A stretch of 64,000 nucleotides of DNA from Burkholderiales bacterium (GTDB taxonomy: Bacteria > Pseudomonadota > Gammaproteobacteria > Burkholderiales > SG8-39): contig DATBSZ010000273.1 in assembly GCA_036559525.1 (NCBI GenBank), forward strand, positions 240 to 64,239. Reading direction: 5' to 3'. Positions 1-11,060 of this stretch are shown here, piece after piece. The first letter of the stretch is position 1, and each line of letters begins with the position of its first letter. A program made the translations under genes and the position numbers. The notes beneath the pieces are model-generated. The model was given only the letters and a program-made list of their open reading frames with translations, made no database searches and was not told the DNA's origin.

Positions 1-259
1 TGTAGCTCGCCGTCACATAGGAGAGATCCACCAGGCCGTCGCGCACCGCGTCGAAGGTGCCCGGCGCGGCCGCTGGATGCTTCGGCAGCGACTGGAACTT
101 GACGCGCCCGCCGGTCGCCTTCTCGACGTCCGCGGCCCAGTTGGCCTGCCAGATGGTGAGGTGGTGCGTGGGCGGAACCCAGCTCGAGAACGTGAGCGGG
201 GCTTGCGCGTGCGCGGGTAGGGCGAGCGCGATGAGCGCCAATGCCAGTGACCTGATCAT
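1..259 (-). CDS. TRAP transporter solute-binding protein (DctP type), N-terminal part only; gene continues past the left edge
   Basis: Own translation of the minus strand from the ATG at 257-259: MIRSLALALIALALPAHAQAPLTFSSWVPPTHHLTIWQANWAADVEKATGGRVKF... It has a signal peptide and an SSWVPP-type motif typical of DctP-family binding proteins. A GGAGGAGG Shine-Dalgarno lies just upstream. It is absent from the ORF track because it runs off the edge. Confidence 0.7.
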   Translation of the reverse strand, partial: MIRSLALALIALALPAHAQAPLTFSSWVPPTHHLTIWQANWAADVEKATGGRVKFQSLPKHPAAAPGTFDAVRDGLVDLSYVTASY

Positions 260-275
260 GCAACCTCCTCCTTGA

Positions 276-327
276 GGTGTCGTAATCATAAATGTTTGTC
301 CTGCGGCGTGTGCAAATTCACGACACC
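276..327. promoter_or_regulatory. Inverted repeat GGTGTCGT-N36-ACGACACC in the divergent TRAP/hupB intergenic region
   Basis: Perfect 8-bp arms at 276-283 and 320-327, read directly from the sequence. They sit between two divergently transcribed genes. Function unknown. Confidence 0.3.
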
Positions 328-410
328 CGGCGACGCGCGCGTTGTATTTCGATTTTGGTTTGGATACGATTCCGTGCTCGCGGTTGGGGATGAAAGTCAG
401 GGGAGAGCGC

Positions 411-698
411 ATGCCACACGTGGTTACCAAGTCCGATCTGGTCCAGGTTGCGGCAAAAGCGGGGAACGTCAGCAAGGTGGCGGCAAACGAAGCGGTGAAT
501 GCGGTGTTCGAGGCGATCGTTTCCAACGTCGCGAAGGGCAAGCGCGTGACCGTGGTCGGTTTCGGCACCTTTCTTCCGCGCACCAGAAAGGCGCGGGCCG
601 GGCGCAGCCCGGTGAACGGGAAGGAGATCAAGATCTCTGCGAAAACAATTCCGGCGTTCGCCGCGGGCCAGGGCTTCAAGGAAGCAGTCGGCAAGTAG
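411..698 (+). CDS. hupB: HU-family nucleoid-associated DNA-binding protein
   Basis: The internal ATG at 411 of ORF 342-698 gives MPHVVTKSDLVQVAAKAGNVSKVAANEAVNAVFEAI...GFGTF...RAGRSPVNGKEIKISA, a typical HU/IHF fold signature. AGGGGAGAG Shine-Dalgarno upstream. Confidence 0.9.
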   Translation: MPHVVTKSDLVQVAAKAGNVSKVAANEAVNAVFEAIVSNVAKGKRVTVVGFGTFLPRTRKARAGRSPVNGKEIKISAKTIPAFAAGQGFKEAVGK

Positions 699-714
699 AG
701 CCTTACATGATCCG

Positions 715-754
715 CAAGGGGCTGAGCATTGCATGCCAGCCCCTTGTTTTTTTT
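715..754 (+). terminator. Rho-independent terminator after hupB
   Basis: Stem CAAGGGGCTG (715-724) pairs with CAGCCCCTTG (737-746) and is followed by a T8 run (747-754). Confidence 0.85.
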
Positions 755-796
755 GGCATTGCCAAGCAGAATCCTCGGCAAGCATGAATCTTGCGC

Positions 797-1375
797 ATGG
801 ATAAGCCGCTCATTCTTTCGCTCGACGCGCACGGCGTCCCGCACCGCTGGATCAGCTGGCAGCAGGCGTGCTTCTACTACGCGAAGGACCTGGTCGCGTG
901 GACGCTCGGCGAGGAGAAGTTCACCTACTACGGCGGCATCTGCCGCCGTACCGGCGAGCGCTCGAGCATCACCGCGCATTCCATCGTCGCGATCAAGGGC
1001 AAGGCGCTGGCGGCGAAAGGCTTCAACCAGGTGCCGCCGCTCAACAACCGGGAACTGTTCCGCCGCGACCGCCACATGTGCGCCTATTGCGGCGGCGAGT
1101 TCAGCTATTTCCGCCTGACGCGCGACCACATCACGCCGCTGTCGCGCGGCGGCCGCGATACGTGGATGAACGTGGTTACCACCTGCCGGCACTGCAACGG
1201 CCACAAGCGCAACCGCCTGCCGCAGGAATGCGGCCTCGAGCTGCTCTATGCGCCGTACGTGCCGAACAAGGCGGAGTACCTGATCCTCACCAACCGCCGC
1301 ATCCTCGCCGACCAGATGGAGTTCCTGAAGCAGCATGTCGCGAGCCACTCGCGGCTTGTCCTAGCCCCTGCGTAG
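797..1375 (+). CDS. HNH endonuclease
   Basis: ORF 791-1375. HNH/zinc motif CAYCGG...RLTRDHITPLSRGG...NVVTTCRHCNGHK. The start is either TTG 791 or ATG 797. Confidence 0.85.
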   Translation: MDKPLILSLDAHGVPHRWISWQQACFYYAKDLVAWTLGEEKFTYYGGICRRTGERSSITAHSIVAIKGKALAAKGFNQVPPLNNRELFRRDRHMCAYCGGEFSYFRLTRDHITPLSRGGRDTWMNVVTTCRHCNGHKRNRLPQECGLELLYAPYVPNKAEYLILTNRRILADQMEFLKQHVASHSRLVLAPA

Positions 1376-1380
1376 CTTGT

Positions 1381-2385
1381 CTGCCTGAGTTTTGGCGCAA
1401 TAGCGGTTTTCACCTTCTGAAGCGGGATCCGGCCGGTCGATTGACCGTCACCGACGATTTCCTGCGCGCCTACTACCTGCGGCCGGAGATCCACCCGGTC
1501 GAGGAATCCGGCGACGCCGAGCTCAGGCTGCACTCGTCGCTGATGAACGCGCCGCGAAGAAGCGTCGGCGAAAAGGAGCTCGAGGCGATCGAGGATGCCG
1601 ATGCGCGCGACAACTACCGCGTCATCCTGAAGTTCAGGCAGAAGCTGCTCGATGCGGGCACGGTCGAGGGCTGCTACAGGGGCCTCTTCAAGACCGGCGT
1701 CGACGTGCCGCCGATGTTCGTCGACCAGCTCGTGCATGTCATCCTGCGCAACGTTCTCGACGGCTGCGACGACCCGCTGAAGCTGCGCGCGGCGGAGCTT
1801 TTCTTCCGGGAGCAGAAGGCCACCATCCAGGAAGGCCACGCCCTGCTCGCCGACCTGGAGACCGTCGAGATGCACGCCAGCGGCAACCGCTACGGAGCGA
1901 TCGGCAAGCTGATCGTCGAGGCGCAGGGCGACCTCGGAAAAGTCGACCTCGATGTCCTCGACCGCGCCAATGCCGCGCTCTACTGGGAGCGCGACTCGCG
2001 CCACGACACGGTGATCAGCCTCACCTACGGCCGGCCGGCGCTGGATGCGCTTTGCCGGGTGATGGAAGCCTGGGTGTCTCATTTTCTGAAAACCAAAGTC
2101 CAGGTGAAACCCATTCGAAAGATCGACGAGGCGCCCTGGGCGTGGCACGTCGGGCTCGACGCCGAGTCGACTGCGATCCTGAACGAGCTGTGGTCGGGCG
2201 CGCAGATCGAGCAGGGCCGGATGCGCAACATCCTCGCCATCTTCGGCCTGCAGTTCGACGACCCGGCGGCCATGCGAACCGACCTCCGCGGCAGGACGAT
2301 CTACCTCGCGCTGTCGTGCGAGGACGGGGTGGTGCGGATGAAGCCGCAGAACCTGCTGACGAATCTTCCGCTGCATGAAGCCTGA
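1381..2385 (+). CDS. Conserved hypothetical protein (resembles the DUF6352-type family seen in Burkholderiales/Rhodocyclales)
   Basis: This is the 3-prime two thirds of ORF 868-2385; the 5-prime part overlaps the HNH gene in another frame. The conserved-looking N-terminus EFWRNSGFHLLKRDPAGRLTVTDDFLRAYYLRPE begins right after the HNH stop. The only start candidates are CTG 1381 or TTG 1441, so the start is uncertain. Confidence 0.6.
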   Translation: MPEFWRNSGFHLLKRDPAGRLTVTDDFLRAYYLRPEIHPVEESGDAELRLHSSLMNAPRRSVGEKELEAIEDADARDNYRVILKFRQKLLDAGTVEGCYRGLFKTGVDVPPMFVDQLVHVILRNVLDGCDDPLKLRAAELFFREQKATIQEGHALLADLETVEMHASGNRYGAIGKLIVEAQGDLGKVDLDVLDRANAALYWERDSRHDTVISLTYGRPALDALCRVMEAWVSHFLKTKVQVKPIRKIDEAPWAWHVGLDAESTAILNELWSGAQIEQGRMRNILAIFGLQFDDPAAMRTDLRGRTIYLALSCEDGVVRMKPQNLLTNLPLHEA

Positions 2386-2995
2386 TTACTGGGATCGCGC
2401 GAAGCGCGCCCTTTCCAGGAACGATGCGGTCATGAAGGAAATCATGCGCAGCCGGCGGGGCGTCCACCTGGTGCGTCGCGGCGAGCCCTTCCTCACCCTG
2501 GCGCGCGCGATCTGCGGGCAGCAGATCTCGGTCAAGGCCGCGCAGAGCGTATGGGACAGGGTCTGCATTTGCCTGGACCAAAAAATCACTCCTGAGGCGG
2601 TTATTGCCAAAGACAGAAAGGTCCTGCGCGCCTGCGGGCTTTCCGACCGCAAGACCGAGTACATCGCCGACCTCGCCCAGCACTTCGCCGACGGCAGCAT
2701 CCACGTCCACCGCTGGCCGCAGATGCCGGACGAGGAGATCATCGCCGAGCTGGTCGAGGTGCGCGGCATCGGCCGCTGGACCGCGGAGATGTTCCTGATC
2801 TTCAACCTGCTGCGTCCCGACGTGCTCCCGCTCGACGACCTGGGCTTGCAGAAGGCGATCCGGCTTTTGTATTTTCGAAAAAGACCCGTTTCCCTGCGGA
2901 CTATGCGCAAGCTTGGCGAAAGCTGGCGGCCGTGGCGCTCGGTGGCGACCTGGTACCTCTGGCGCTCGCTCGATCCAGTCCCGGTAGAATACTGA
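2375..2995 (+). CDS. DNA-3-methyladenine glycosylase II family protein (HhH-GPD, AlkA-like)
   Basis: ORF 2375-2995. HhH-GPD features ...[14 protein letters not shown]..., [18 protein letters not shown] and [10 protein letters not shown]. It overlaps the upstream gene by 11 nt. Confidence 0.8.
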   Translation: MKPDYWDRAKRALSRNDAVMKEIMRSRRGVHLVRRGEPFLTLARAICGQQISVKAAQSVWDRVCICLDQKITPEAVIAKDRKVLRACGLSDRKTEYIADLAQHFADGSIHVHRWPQMPDEEIIAELVEVRGIGRWTAEMFLIFNLLRPDVLPLDDLGLQKAIRLLYFRKRPVSLRTMRKLGESWRPWRSVATWYLWRSLDPVPVEY

Positions 2996-3000
2996 CCCCG

Positions 3001-3969
3001 TTGAAGACCACCTTCCTCGAATTCGAGCAGCCGATCGCGGAGCTCGAGACCCGCATCGAGGAGCTGCGCTTCGTCCAGGACGACTCGGCGGTCGACATCT
3101 CGGAAGAGATCCAGCGCCTCACCAAGCGCAGCCAGTCGCTCACCAAGGACATCTACGGCAAGTTGAGCCCCTGGCAGGTGGCCCAGGTGGCGCGCCACCC
3201 GCAGCGCCCGTTCACGCTCGACTACGTCCAGGCGCTGTTCACGCACTTCGAGGAGCTGCACGGCGACCGCACGTTCTCCGACGATGCCTCGATCGTCGGC
3301 GGGCTCGCGCGCTTCAACGGCACGGCGTGCATGGTGATCGGGCACCAGAAGGGCCGCGACACCAAGGAAAAGATCCTGCGCAACTTCGGCATGCCCAAGC
3401 CCGAGGGCTACCGCAAGGCGCTCAGGCTCATGAAGCTGGCCGAGAAATTCGCGCTGCCGGTGTTCACGTTCGTCGATACGCCGGGTGCTTTTCCCGGCAT
3501 CGATGCCGAGGAGCGCGGCCAGTCGGAGGCCATCGGCAGGAATCTGTTCGAGATGGCGCGCCTGCGCTCGCCGATCATCGTCACCATCATCGGCGAGGGT
3601 GGCTCGGGCGGCGCGCTCGCCATCGCCGTCGGCGACATCATGCTGATGATGCAGTACGCCACCTACTCGGTGATCTCGCCCGAGGGCTGCGCCTCGATCC
3701 TGTGGCGCAGCGCCGACATGGCGCCCGATGCGGCCGACGCGCTGGGCATCACCGCTAGTCGCCTGAAGACCCTCGGCCTGATCGACAAGATCGTGCCCGA
3801 GCCCCTCGGCGGCGCGCACCGCGACCCGCAGGTCGCGGCGCAGGCGCTGAAGAAAGCGCTCGCCGAAGCGCTCAAGCAGCTCCAGGAGAAAAAGCCCAAG
3901 GAGCTGGTCGAGACCCGGCTCGAGCGGCTGATGGCCCATGGCAAGTTCAAGGAAGCGGCCGAGCGGTAG
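3001..3969 (+). CDS. accA: Acetyl-CoA carboxylase carboxyltransferase subunit alpha
   Basis: TTG at 3001 gives [23 protein letters not shown]..., the canonical AccA N-terminus. The rest of ORF 2932-3969 is AccA-like throughout. Confidence 0.93.
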   Translation: MKTTFLEFEQPIAELETRIEELRFVQDDSAVDISEEIQRLTKRSQSLTKDIYGKLSPWQVAQVARHPQRPFTLDYVQALFTHFEELHGDRTFSDDASIVGGLARFNGTACMVIGHQKGRDTKEKILRNFGMPKPEGYRKALRLMKLAEKFALPVFTFVDTPGAFPGIDAEERGQSEAIGRNLFEMARLRSPIIVTIIGEGGSGGALAIAVGDIMLMMQYATYSVISPEGCASILWRSADMAPDAADALGITASRLKTLGLIDKIVPEPLGGAHRDPQVAAQALKKALAEALKQLQEKKPKELVETRLERLMAHGKFKEAAER

Positions 3970-5110
3970 GGGCATTGCGGTCGCCCTGTCGGGCGGCGTC
4001 GACTCTGTAGTTCTGCTTCACAGGCTAAGGAACGAGCCGGGCCTGCGCGCGATTCACGTCCACCACGGGCTAAGCCCGAACGCCGATGCATGGGCCGCCT
4101 TCTGCCGGCGCCTGTGCAAGCGCCTCGGCGTGCCTCTCGTCGTCAAGAAGGTGAAAGTGGTGAAGCAAGGCGAGGGACTCGAAGCCGCGGCGCGCGCGGC
4201 CCGGTATGAGGTGTTCAGGAAAATTCCCGCCGAGGCGGTGGTTCTGGCCCATCACCTCGATGATCAGGCCGAGACGGTCCTCATGAACCTGCTGCGCGGG
4301 GCGGGACGGCGCGGGGCGAGCGGCATGCCGCGCGAGTCGCGGTTCCATGGGAAGCGGCTGCTGCGGCCGCTGCTGGATGTGCCGCGCGAGGCGATCGTCG
4401 CCTACGCGCGCGAGCACGGCCTGACCTGGATCGAGGACGAGAGCAATGCGGACGAATCGCTGACGCGCAATTTCGTCCGGCGGCGGCTGGCACCCCTGAT
4501 GCAGCAGAAATATCCGAAGTGGCGTGAAAACCTGGCGCGGGCGGCGCGGCACTTTTCGCGCCAGGAAGCCGGCGCGCAAGACCTGCTGCGGAAATTCCTG
4601 CAAGCGAAGGGCCTGCGCGCGCCGAGCGAGGCGAAGCTGGTCGAGATGCTGAAGCAGCTCACGTCGCAGGGCAGCAAGACCCTGATCGAGCACGACGGCG
4701 CGCGCCTGCGCGTATACAGGGGAAAGATCATGGAAGATCGGGGCGCGGGCTCGTTCAGCCCGATTCCATGGAAGGGCGAGCCGAAGCTCCCGATTCCCGA
4801 GCTCGGCGGCGAGCTGCGCTTCCGCGCGGTGCGCGGTAAGGGCTTTTCCAAGAACCTGTTCAAGAAGACCCTCAGCATCCGGTTGCGCGCCGGCGGCGAG
4901 CGCCTGCAGCCGGACCCGCGGCGGCCGCGGCGCACGCTGAAAAATCTGTTCCAGGAAGCGGGCGTGCCGCCGTGGGAGCGCGACCGGCTCCCGCTTCTCA
5001 CCAGCGGCGACGACGTGGTGTGGGTCCCCGGGCTCGGCGTGGATGTGAAATACCGCGCGGCGAAAAATGCGTCCGGCATCCTGCCGGAATGGCGTAAAAT
5101 GCCGGGTTAA
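3938..5110 (+). CDS. tilS: tRNA(Ile)-lysidine synthase
   Basis: PP-loop motif [11 protein letters not shown] near the N-terminus. Length and C-terminal domain are typical of TilS. The accA-tilS order is conserved. Confidence 0.85.
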   Translation: MASSRKRPSGRGIAVALSGGVDSVVLLHRLRNEPGLRAIHVHHGLSPNADAWAAFCRRLCKRLGVPLVVKKVKVVKQGEGLEAAARAARYEVFRKIPAEAVVLAHHLDDQAETVLMNLLRGAGRRGASGMPRESRFHGKRLLRPLLDVPREAIVAYAREHGLTWIEDESNADESLTRNFVRRRLAPLMQQKYPKWRENLARAARHFSRQEAGAQDLLRKFLQAKGLRAPSEAKLVEMLKQLTSQGSKTLIEHDGARLRVYRGKIMEDRGAGSFSPIPWKGEPKLPIPELGGELRFRAVRGKGFSKNLFKKTLSIRLRAGGERLQPDPRRPRRTLKNLFQEAGVPPWERDRLPLLTSGDDVVWVPGLGVDVKYRAAKNASGILPEWRKMPG

Positions 5111-5140
5111 TGCGTTGATTTCCCAAGGAGAATGCAGTCA

Positions 5141-5575
5141 ATGGCCGTGGAGCAGACCCTCTCGATCATCAAGCCCGACGCGGTCAAGAAAAACGTCATC
5201 GGGAAGATCCTGGCGCGCTTCGAGGCCGCTGGCCTGCGCATCGTCGCCGCGCGCATGGCGCATCTGTCGCGCAAGGAAGCCGAAGGCTTCTACGCAGTTC
5301 ACCGCGAACGTCCGTTCTTCAAGGATCTGGTCGAGTTCATGATTTCGGGGCCGGTGATGATCCAGGTGCTCGAAGGCGAGAGCGCGATCGCGCGCAACCG
5401 CGAGCTGATGGGCGCCACGGACCCGAAAAAGGCCGCCAAGGGGACGATCCGCGCCGACTTCGCCGATTCGATCGACGCCAACGCGGTGCACGGCTCCGAC
5501 GGGCCTGAGACCGCGCGCAAGGAAATCGCCTACTTCTTTCCGAAGGTCGATGAGAGAAAACCTGCTCGGGCTTGA
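5141..5575 (+). CDS. ndk: Nucleoside-diphosphate kinase
   Basis: [15 protein letters not shown]...NAVHGSD active-site His motif. ATG 5141 is preferred over 5132 because of its spacing from the AAGGAG Shine-Dalgarno. Confidence 0.93.
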   Translation: MAVEQTLSIIKPDAVKKNVIGKILARFEAAGLRIVAARMAHLSRKEAEGFYAVHRERPFFKDLVEFMISGPVMIQVLEGESAIARNRELMGATDPKKAAKGTIRADFADSIDANAVHGSDGPETARKEIAYFFPKVDERKPARA

Positions 5576-6632
5576 CGCGGCCGGCCTCGAGCGCTTCTTC
5601 GAAGCGCAGGGCGAGAAGCCGTTCCGCGCGCGCCAGCTCCTGCGCTGGATTCACCAGCGCGGCGAGGGCGACTTCGCAGGCATGAGCGACCTCGCCCGAG
5701 CGCTGCGCGAGCGGCTGCCGTCTATCGCGGGCGTGGAGGCGCCGGTGATCGTCGGCGACACCGCGGCGGCAGACGGCACTCGCAAGTGGCTGCTCAAGGT
5801 CGATCGGGCGAACGCGGTCGAGGCGGTGTTCATCCCCGAGACGCGGCGCGGCACTCTGTGCGTCTCGAGCCAGGCCGGTTGCGTCCTCGATTGCGCCTTC
5901 TGCTCGACCGGCAAGCAGGGCTTCAACCGTAACCTCTCCACCGCCGAGATCGTCGGCCAGCTCTGGCTCGCGAACCGCCTGTTGAAGGGTGATAATCACG
6001 GCGAAAGACCTGTGACCAACGTGGTCATGATGGGAATGGGGGAGCCGCTCCTGAACCTGGACAACGTGATCCCGGCGCTGCGGCTGATGCTCGACGACAA
6101 CGCCTACGGACTTTCGCGCCGCCGCGTGACGGTCTCGACCGCCGGCGTGATCCCGGGGATCGAGCGCCTGCGCGACGAATGCCCGGTGGCGCTCGCGGTC
6201 TCGCTGCACGCGCCCAACGACGAGCTGCGCGACCGCCTGGTGCCGGTGAACCGCAAGTATCCGCTCGCCGAGCTGGTGAAGGCGTGCAAGCGCTATCTCG
6301 ACAAGGCGCCGCGCGATTTCATCACTTTCGAGTACGTGATGCTCGAGGGCGTGAACGACGGCGACGCGCACGCCCGCGAGCTGGTGGCGCTCGCGGCGAA
6401 GGTGCGCAGCAAGTTCAATCTCATCCCGTTCAACCCGTTCGCGAATTCCGGCTTCAAGCGCTCCTCGCCCGAGCGCATCCGGAGCTTCGCCGAGATCCTG
6501 CAGCGCGCCGGGCTGACGGTCACGATACGCAAGACGCGCGGCGACGATATCGCTGCCGCCTGCGGCCAGCTGGCCGGCGATGTCACGGACCGCACGCGCA
6601 GGAGCCTTGCCCTCAAGGAGCTGCGCGCTTGA
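5550..6632 (+). CDS. rlmN: 23S rRNA/tRNA m2A methyltransferase, radical SAM
   Basis: N-terminus NLLGLD...[15 protein letters not shown] and radical-SAM cysteine cluster [15 protein letters not shown]. Confidence 0.93.
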   Translation: MRENLLGLDAAGLERFFEAQGEKPFRARQLLRWIHQRGEGDFAGMSDLARALRERLPSIAGVEAPVIVGDTAAADGTRKWLLKVDRANAVEAVFIPETRRGTLCVSSQAGCVLDCAFCSTGKQGFNRNLSTAEIVGQLWLANRLLKGDNHGERPVTNVVMMGMGEPLLNLDNVIPALRLMLDDNAYGLSRRRVTVSTAGVIPGIERLRDECPVALAVSLHAPNDELRDRLVPVNRKYPLAELVKACKRYLDKAPRDFITFEYVMLEGVNDGDAHARELVALAAKVRSKFNLIPFNPFANSGFKRSSPERIRSFAEILQRAGLTVTIRKTRGDDIAAACGQLAGDVTDRTRRSLALKELRA

Positions 6633-7414
6633 AACGGCTTCTTCTTGTCATGCTTCTGGCCGGCTGCGCCGCGAAGGACACCGGTCCTTCGCAGGAGAGC
6701 GTGTCGATCATCGGCGAGGCGGCGGACCCGCGCAACCGGGCGAAGCTGCACACCGACCTCGCTTCGCTCTACTTCGGCGCCGGCAACTTCGGGGTCGCGC
6801 TGGAGGAGCTGCGCCTGGCCCAGTCGGCCGATTCGAACTACGCGCCGACGCACGGGATGTTCGGCCTGCTGTACATGGAGCTGAAGGAGAACGCTCGCGC
6901 CGAGGAGAGCTTCGAGCGCGCGCTGCGCCTTGCGCCGAACGACTCCGACATCAACCACAACTACGGCTGGTTCCTGTGCCAGACCGGGCGCGAGCCGGCG
7001 TCGATCAAGTACTTCCTGGTCGCGGTCCGCAACCCGCTCTACACGACGCCGTGGCGCTCGTATTCGGCGGCCGGGGTCTGCACGCTGAAGCTCGACGAGT
7101 CCAAGTCCAAATCGAAGGAGAAGGACGCCGAGGCGTTCTTCGAGCGCGCGCTGCGGCTCGAGCCGGACGAGCCCGCGTCGCTGCTGCAGCTCGGTCAGAT
7201 CCGTTACCGGCAGGGCAATATCGCCGATGCGCGCAAGCTGGTCGCGCGCTACAACAAGGTCGCCAACCCGAGCGCCGAGTCGCTGTGGCTCGCGGTGCGC
7301 ATCGAGCGCCGGCTGGGCGAGCGCCTCCAGGAGCAGGCTTACGCCAACCAGCTGCGGCGGCGCTACCCGGCTTCGGCGGAAAACCAGTCTTTGCAGCGCG
7401 GGCGATATGACTGA
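6629..7414 (+). CDS. pilW: Type IV pilus biogenesis/stability TPR lipoprotein (PilW/PilF)
   Basis: TTG 6629 overlaps the rlmN stop and gives [13 protein letters not shown] (lipobox) followed by TPR repeats. Its position between rlmN and rodZ is the conserved one. Confidence 0.8.
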   Translation: MKRLLLVMLLAGCAAKDTGPSQESVSIIGEAADPRNRAKLHTDLASLYFGAGNFGVALEELRLAQSADSNYAPTHGMFGLLYMELKENARAEESFERALRLAPNDSDINHNYGWFLCQTGREPASIKYFLVAVRNPLYTTPWRSYSAAGVCTLKLDESKSKSKEKDAEAFFERALRLEPDEPASLLQLGQIRYRQGNIADARKLVARYNKVANPSAESLWLAVRIERRLGERLQEQAYANQLRRRYPASAENQSLQRGRYD

Positions 7415-8282
7415 AGCCCAAGCTGCGGAGATGCGCACTGGCGTAGGGCAGGAGCTCGCGGCGGCGAGGGAGGCGCGCGGGCTTGCGCTCTCCGACGTCG
7501 CGCAGCAGCTCAAGTTCGCGCCGCGCCAGCTCGAGGCGCTCGAGCAGGAGCATCTCGACGAGCTGCCGGGCGCGACCTTCGCGCGCGGCATGGTGCGCAG
7601 CTACGCGCGCCTGCTCAAGCTCGACCCCGAGCCCCTGGTGCAGCGCATCGCCGGGCGCTTCGAGGTTCCGGACTCCAACCGGCTCGCGGCGCGCTACCAC
7701 CAGCCGGTGCCGTTCTCCGACGGCGCGCGGCGCTCGACTTTCGTCTATCTCGCGATGTCGCTCGGCGTGCTGGTGCTGGTCGGCGCAGTCGCCTACGAGT
7801 GGCACCAGGAGCGCACCGCGGCTGCGCGCAGTACCACCCTTGGGGCAACCAGCGTCGCCAAGGCAACGCCCGCGCCGCGCGAGGAAAAGCCGCACGCGGC
7901 CCCGATCGCCCCCGTGCCGGTGCAGCAGGCCACGGCACCGGCGCCGGCGGCGACCGAAAAGACTCCGAAGACGGTGGAAAAGCCGCCGAAGACCATCGAA
8001 AAAGCACCCCTAGCCGCCGTCCCGGCGACTGCATCCGGGACGGGTGCCAATCGCCTGGTGGTGCGCACCGAGGGTGAAGCCTGGATCGAGATCAGGGATT
8101 CCGCCGACCGCATGCTCATATCCTCGCTGAATCCCCCGGGTAGCGAGCGCGTAGTGCGCGGCAAGCCTCCGTATAGCCTGGTCATCGGCAATGCGTCCCA
8201 GGTGAGCATCACCTACGACAACAAGCCGGTGGACCTCACGCCGCACACCCGGCAGGACGTGGCGCGCCTGACCGTTCCCTGA
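7407..8282 (+). CDS. rodZ: Cytoskeleton protein RodZ (HTH plus transmembrane plus C-terminal domain)
   Basis: ATG 7407 gives [37 protein letters not shown] (XRE-type HTH). A TM segment, a Pro/Ala-rich linker and a RodZ_C-like end follow. The gene lies upstream of ispG. Confidence 0.85.
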   Translation: MTEAQAAEMRTGVGQELAAAREARGLALSDVAQQLKFAPRQLEALEQEHLDELPGATFARGMVRSYARLLKLDPEPLVQRIAGRFEVPDSNRLAARYHQPVPFSDGARRSTFVYLAMSLGVLVLVGAVAYEWHQERTAAARSTTLGATSVAKATPAPREEKPHAAPIAPVPVQQATAPAPAATEKTPKTVEKPPKTIEKAPLAAVPATASGTGANRLVVRTEGEAWIEIRDSADRMLISSLNPPGSERVVRGKPPYSLVIGNASQVSITYDNKPVDLTPHTRQDVARLTVP

Positions 8283-8287
8283 GAGCC

Positions 8288-9517
<1,230 letters not shown>

Positions 9518-9518
9518 C

Positions 9519-10874
9519 GTGCAGAAGGTAAAACCTGCCTTGCTGCGCGGCTTCGACCAGGAGTACCTGCCGCACGATCAGCTCCACTTCAACCGGCTGA
9601 TCGACATCATCCGGCGCAACTTCGAGCTCTACGGCTTCCTGCCGATCGAGACCCCGTCGGCCGAGCGCCGCGAGGTGCTCACCTCCAAGGGCGGCGTCGA
9701 GAAGGAGATCTACGCGCTGACGCGGCTGGCGGAGGCCGACGACGACGAGGCCGCGACCAAGGGCGCGCTGCGCTTCGACCTGACGGTGCCGCTCGCGCGC
9801 TACGTAGCGATGCGCGAGCGCGAGCTCGCGTTTCCGTTCCGCCGCTACCAGATCCAGCGCGTCTGGCGCGGCGAAACGCCGCAGGCGCGCAAGGGGCGCT
9901 TTCGCGAGTTCTATCAGTGCGACATCGACATCATCAACCGCGACAAGCTCTCGTACCTCGCCGAGGCCGAGATCCCGAGCGTGATCTACAGCGTGTTCCG
10001 CGAGATGGCGATCGGCGAGTTCCGCATCCGCATCAACAACCGCAAGGTGCTCAAGGGTCTGCTGCAAAGCTTCGACATACCGGAGCGCAGCTCCGGCGCG
10101 GTTCTGCGAACCTTGGACAAGATCGAGAAGGAAGAGGCGGCGAAGATCCGCGCCGACCTCGAGCGCGAAGGCCTTTCGCGCGATGCCGCCGGCGAGCTGC
10201 TCGACATGATCTCGACCCGGCGGGACACGAAGGCCACCCTGGAAGCGCTCGCCCGGATCAAGAACGAGACCGCGGCGCAGGGACTCGACGAGCTGCGCAA
10301 GATCGTGGAGGCGATCGGCCAGTTCGGCGTGCCGGACTCGGCGTTCGCCGTCGACCTCGGCGTGGTGCGCGGGCTCGACTACTACACCGGCACGATCTAC
10401 GAGACCACGCTCGCCGGCGCCCCCGAGCTCGGCAGCATCTGCTCGGGCGGGCGCTACGACGACCTGGCGAGCTATTTCACCGATACGAAGCTTCCGGGCG
10501 TGGGGATCTCGATTGGCCTCACCCGGCTGTTCTCGAAGCTGAAGGAAGCCGGCCTGCTCCAGCCGCTGCCCAGGAGCCCGGCGGAGGTCCTGGTGACGAC
10601 CATGGACCCGCGCTACCTCGACAAGTATTTCGCTCTCGGCCGCGTGCTGAGAGAGGCGGGCATCAATACCGAGGTCTATCTCGAGACCGCCAAGCTCGGC
10701 AACCAGCTCACCTACGCTGACCGCAAGGGCTTCCGGGTTGCGATAATCGCGGGCGAGAACGAGTTCGCCAAGGACGCGGTCCAGATCAAGGATCTGCGCG
10801 CGAAAACAGCCCGCGATGTGGCGCTTGCCGAAATCGTTCCGTCGGTTCAAGCCACGTTGGGTGGCAGTGATTGA
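9519..10874 (+). CDS. hisS: Histidine--tRNA ligase (divergent, alpha-proteobacterial/eukaryote-like subtype)
   Basis: Class II aaRS motifs (RFDLTVPLARYV, FREFYQCDIDII, CSGGRYDDL) plus a C-terminal anticodon-binding domain. It sits in the canonical ispG-hisS-yfgM position. Confidence 0.85.
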   Translation: MQKVKPALLRGFDQEYLPHDQLHFNRLIDIIRRNFELYGFLPIETPSAERREVLTSKGGVEKEIYALTRLAEADDDEAATKGALRFDLTVPLARYVAMRERELAFPFRRYQIQRVWRGETPQARKGRFREFYQCDIDIINRDKLSYLAEAEIPSVIYSVFREMAIGEFRIRINNRKVLKGLLQSFDIPERSSGAVLRTLDKIEKEEAAKIRADLEREGLSRDAAGELLDMISTRRDTKATLEALARIKNETAAQGLDELRKIVEAIGQFGVPDSAFAVDLGVVRGLDYYTGTIYETTLAGAPELGSICSGGRYDDLASYFTDTKLPGVGISIGLTRLFSKLKEAGLLQPLPRSPAEVLVTTMDPRYLDKYFALGRVLREAGINTEVYLETAKLGNQLTYADRKGFRVAIIAGENEFAKDAVQIKDLRAKTARDVALAEIVPSVQATLGGSD

Positions 10875-11060
10875 GGTTCAACTGGGACTTGGCGAAGGCC
10901 GAGGAGAACTTGGCCAAGCACGGAGAGGTTCGTAATCTTCGGACTCTCCAGCAGTGGCCGTCTGATGGTCGTCGCTCACGCTGAGCACAACGATACAATT
11001 CGCATCATCAGTGCCCGACTCGCGACGGCGGGCGAAAGGACCATCTATGAAGAAGGCTAG
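10871..11060 (+). pseudogene. BrnT-like (DUF497) toxin remnant with internal deletion and frameshift
   Basis: One frame, starting at 10871, reads LRFNWDLAKAEENLAKHGE, which looks like a BrnT N-terminus. From about 10929 a second frame reads FVIFGLSSSGRLMVVAHAEHNDTIRIISARLATAGERTIYEEG* and resembles a BrnT C-terminus. About 25-30 central codons are missing and the two halves are out of frame. Confidence 0.65.

Noticed and set aside
868-1375. 5-prime extensions of track ORFs that overlap upstream genes in another frame. Examples: 868-1375 of the DUF6352-like ORF, 6179-6628 of pilW, 7227-7406 of rodZ, 12673-13074 of der, 43528-44022 of the ligase, 45324-45554 of folC and 54967-56052 of cysS.
   Set aside because: The extensions translate to low-complexity Arg/Pro/Ala sequence and overlap well-supported genes. 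The conserved N-termini begin at internal starts that abut the upstream stop codons.
2386-3975. Long antisense ORFs opposite housekeeping genes. Examples: 2386-3975, 5337-6371, 6293-7591, 8213-9340, 9504-10850, 11870-12940, 31819-33720, 33639-34910, 37180-39012, 41143-42414, 44338-45438, 47695-49173, 49294-50400, 50538-51722 and 28309-30762.
   Set aside because: Each lies opposite a gene with unmistakable conserved motifs. Their translations are Arg/Ala/Gly/His-rich with no domain signatures. The high GC content suppresses stop codons on the antisense strand.
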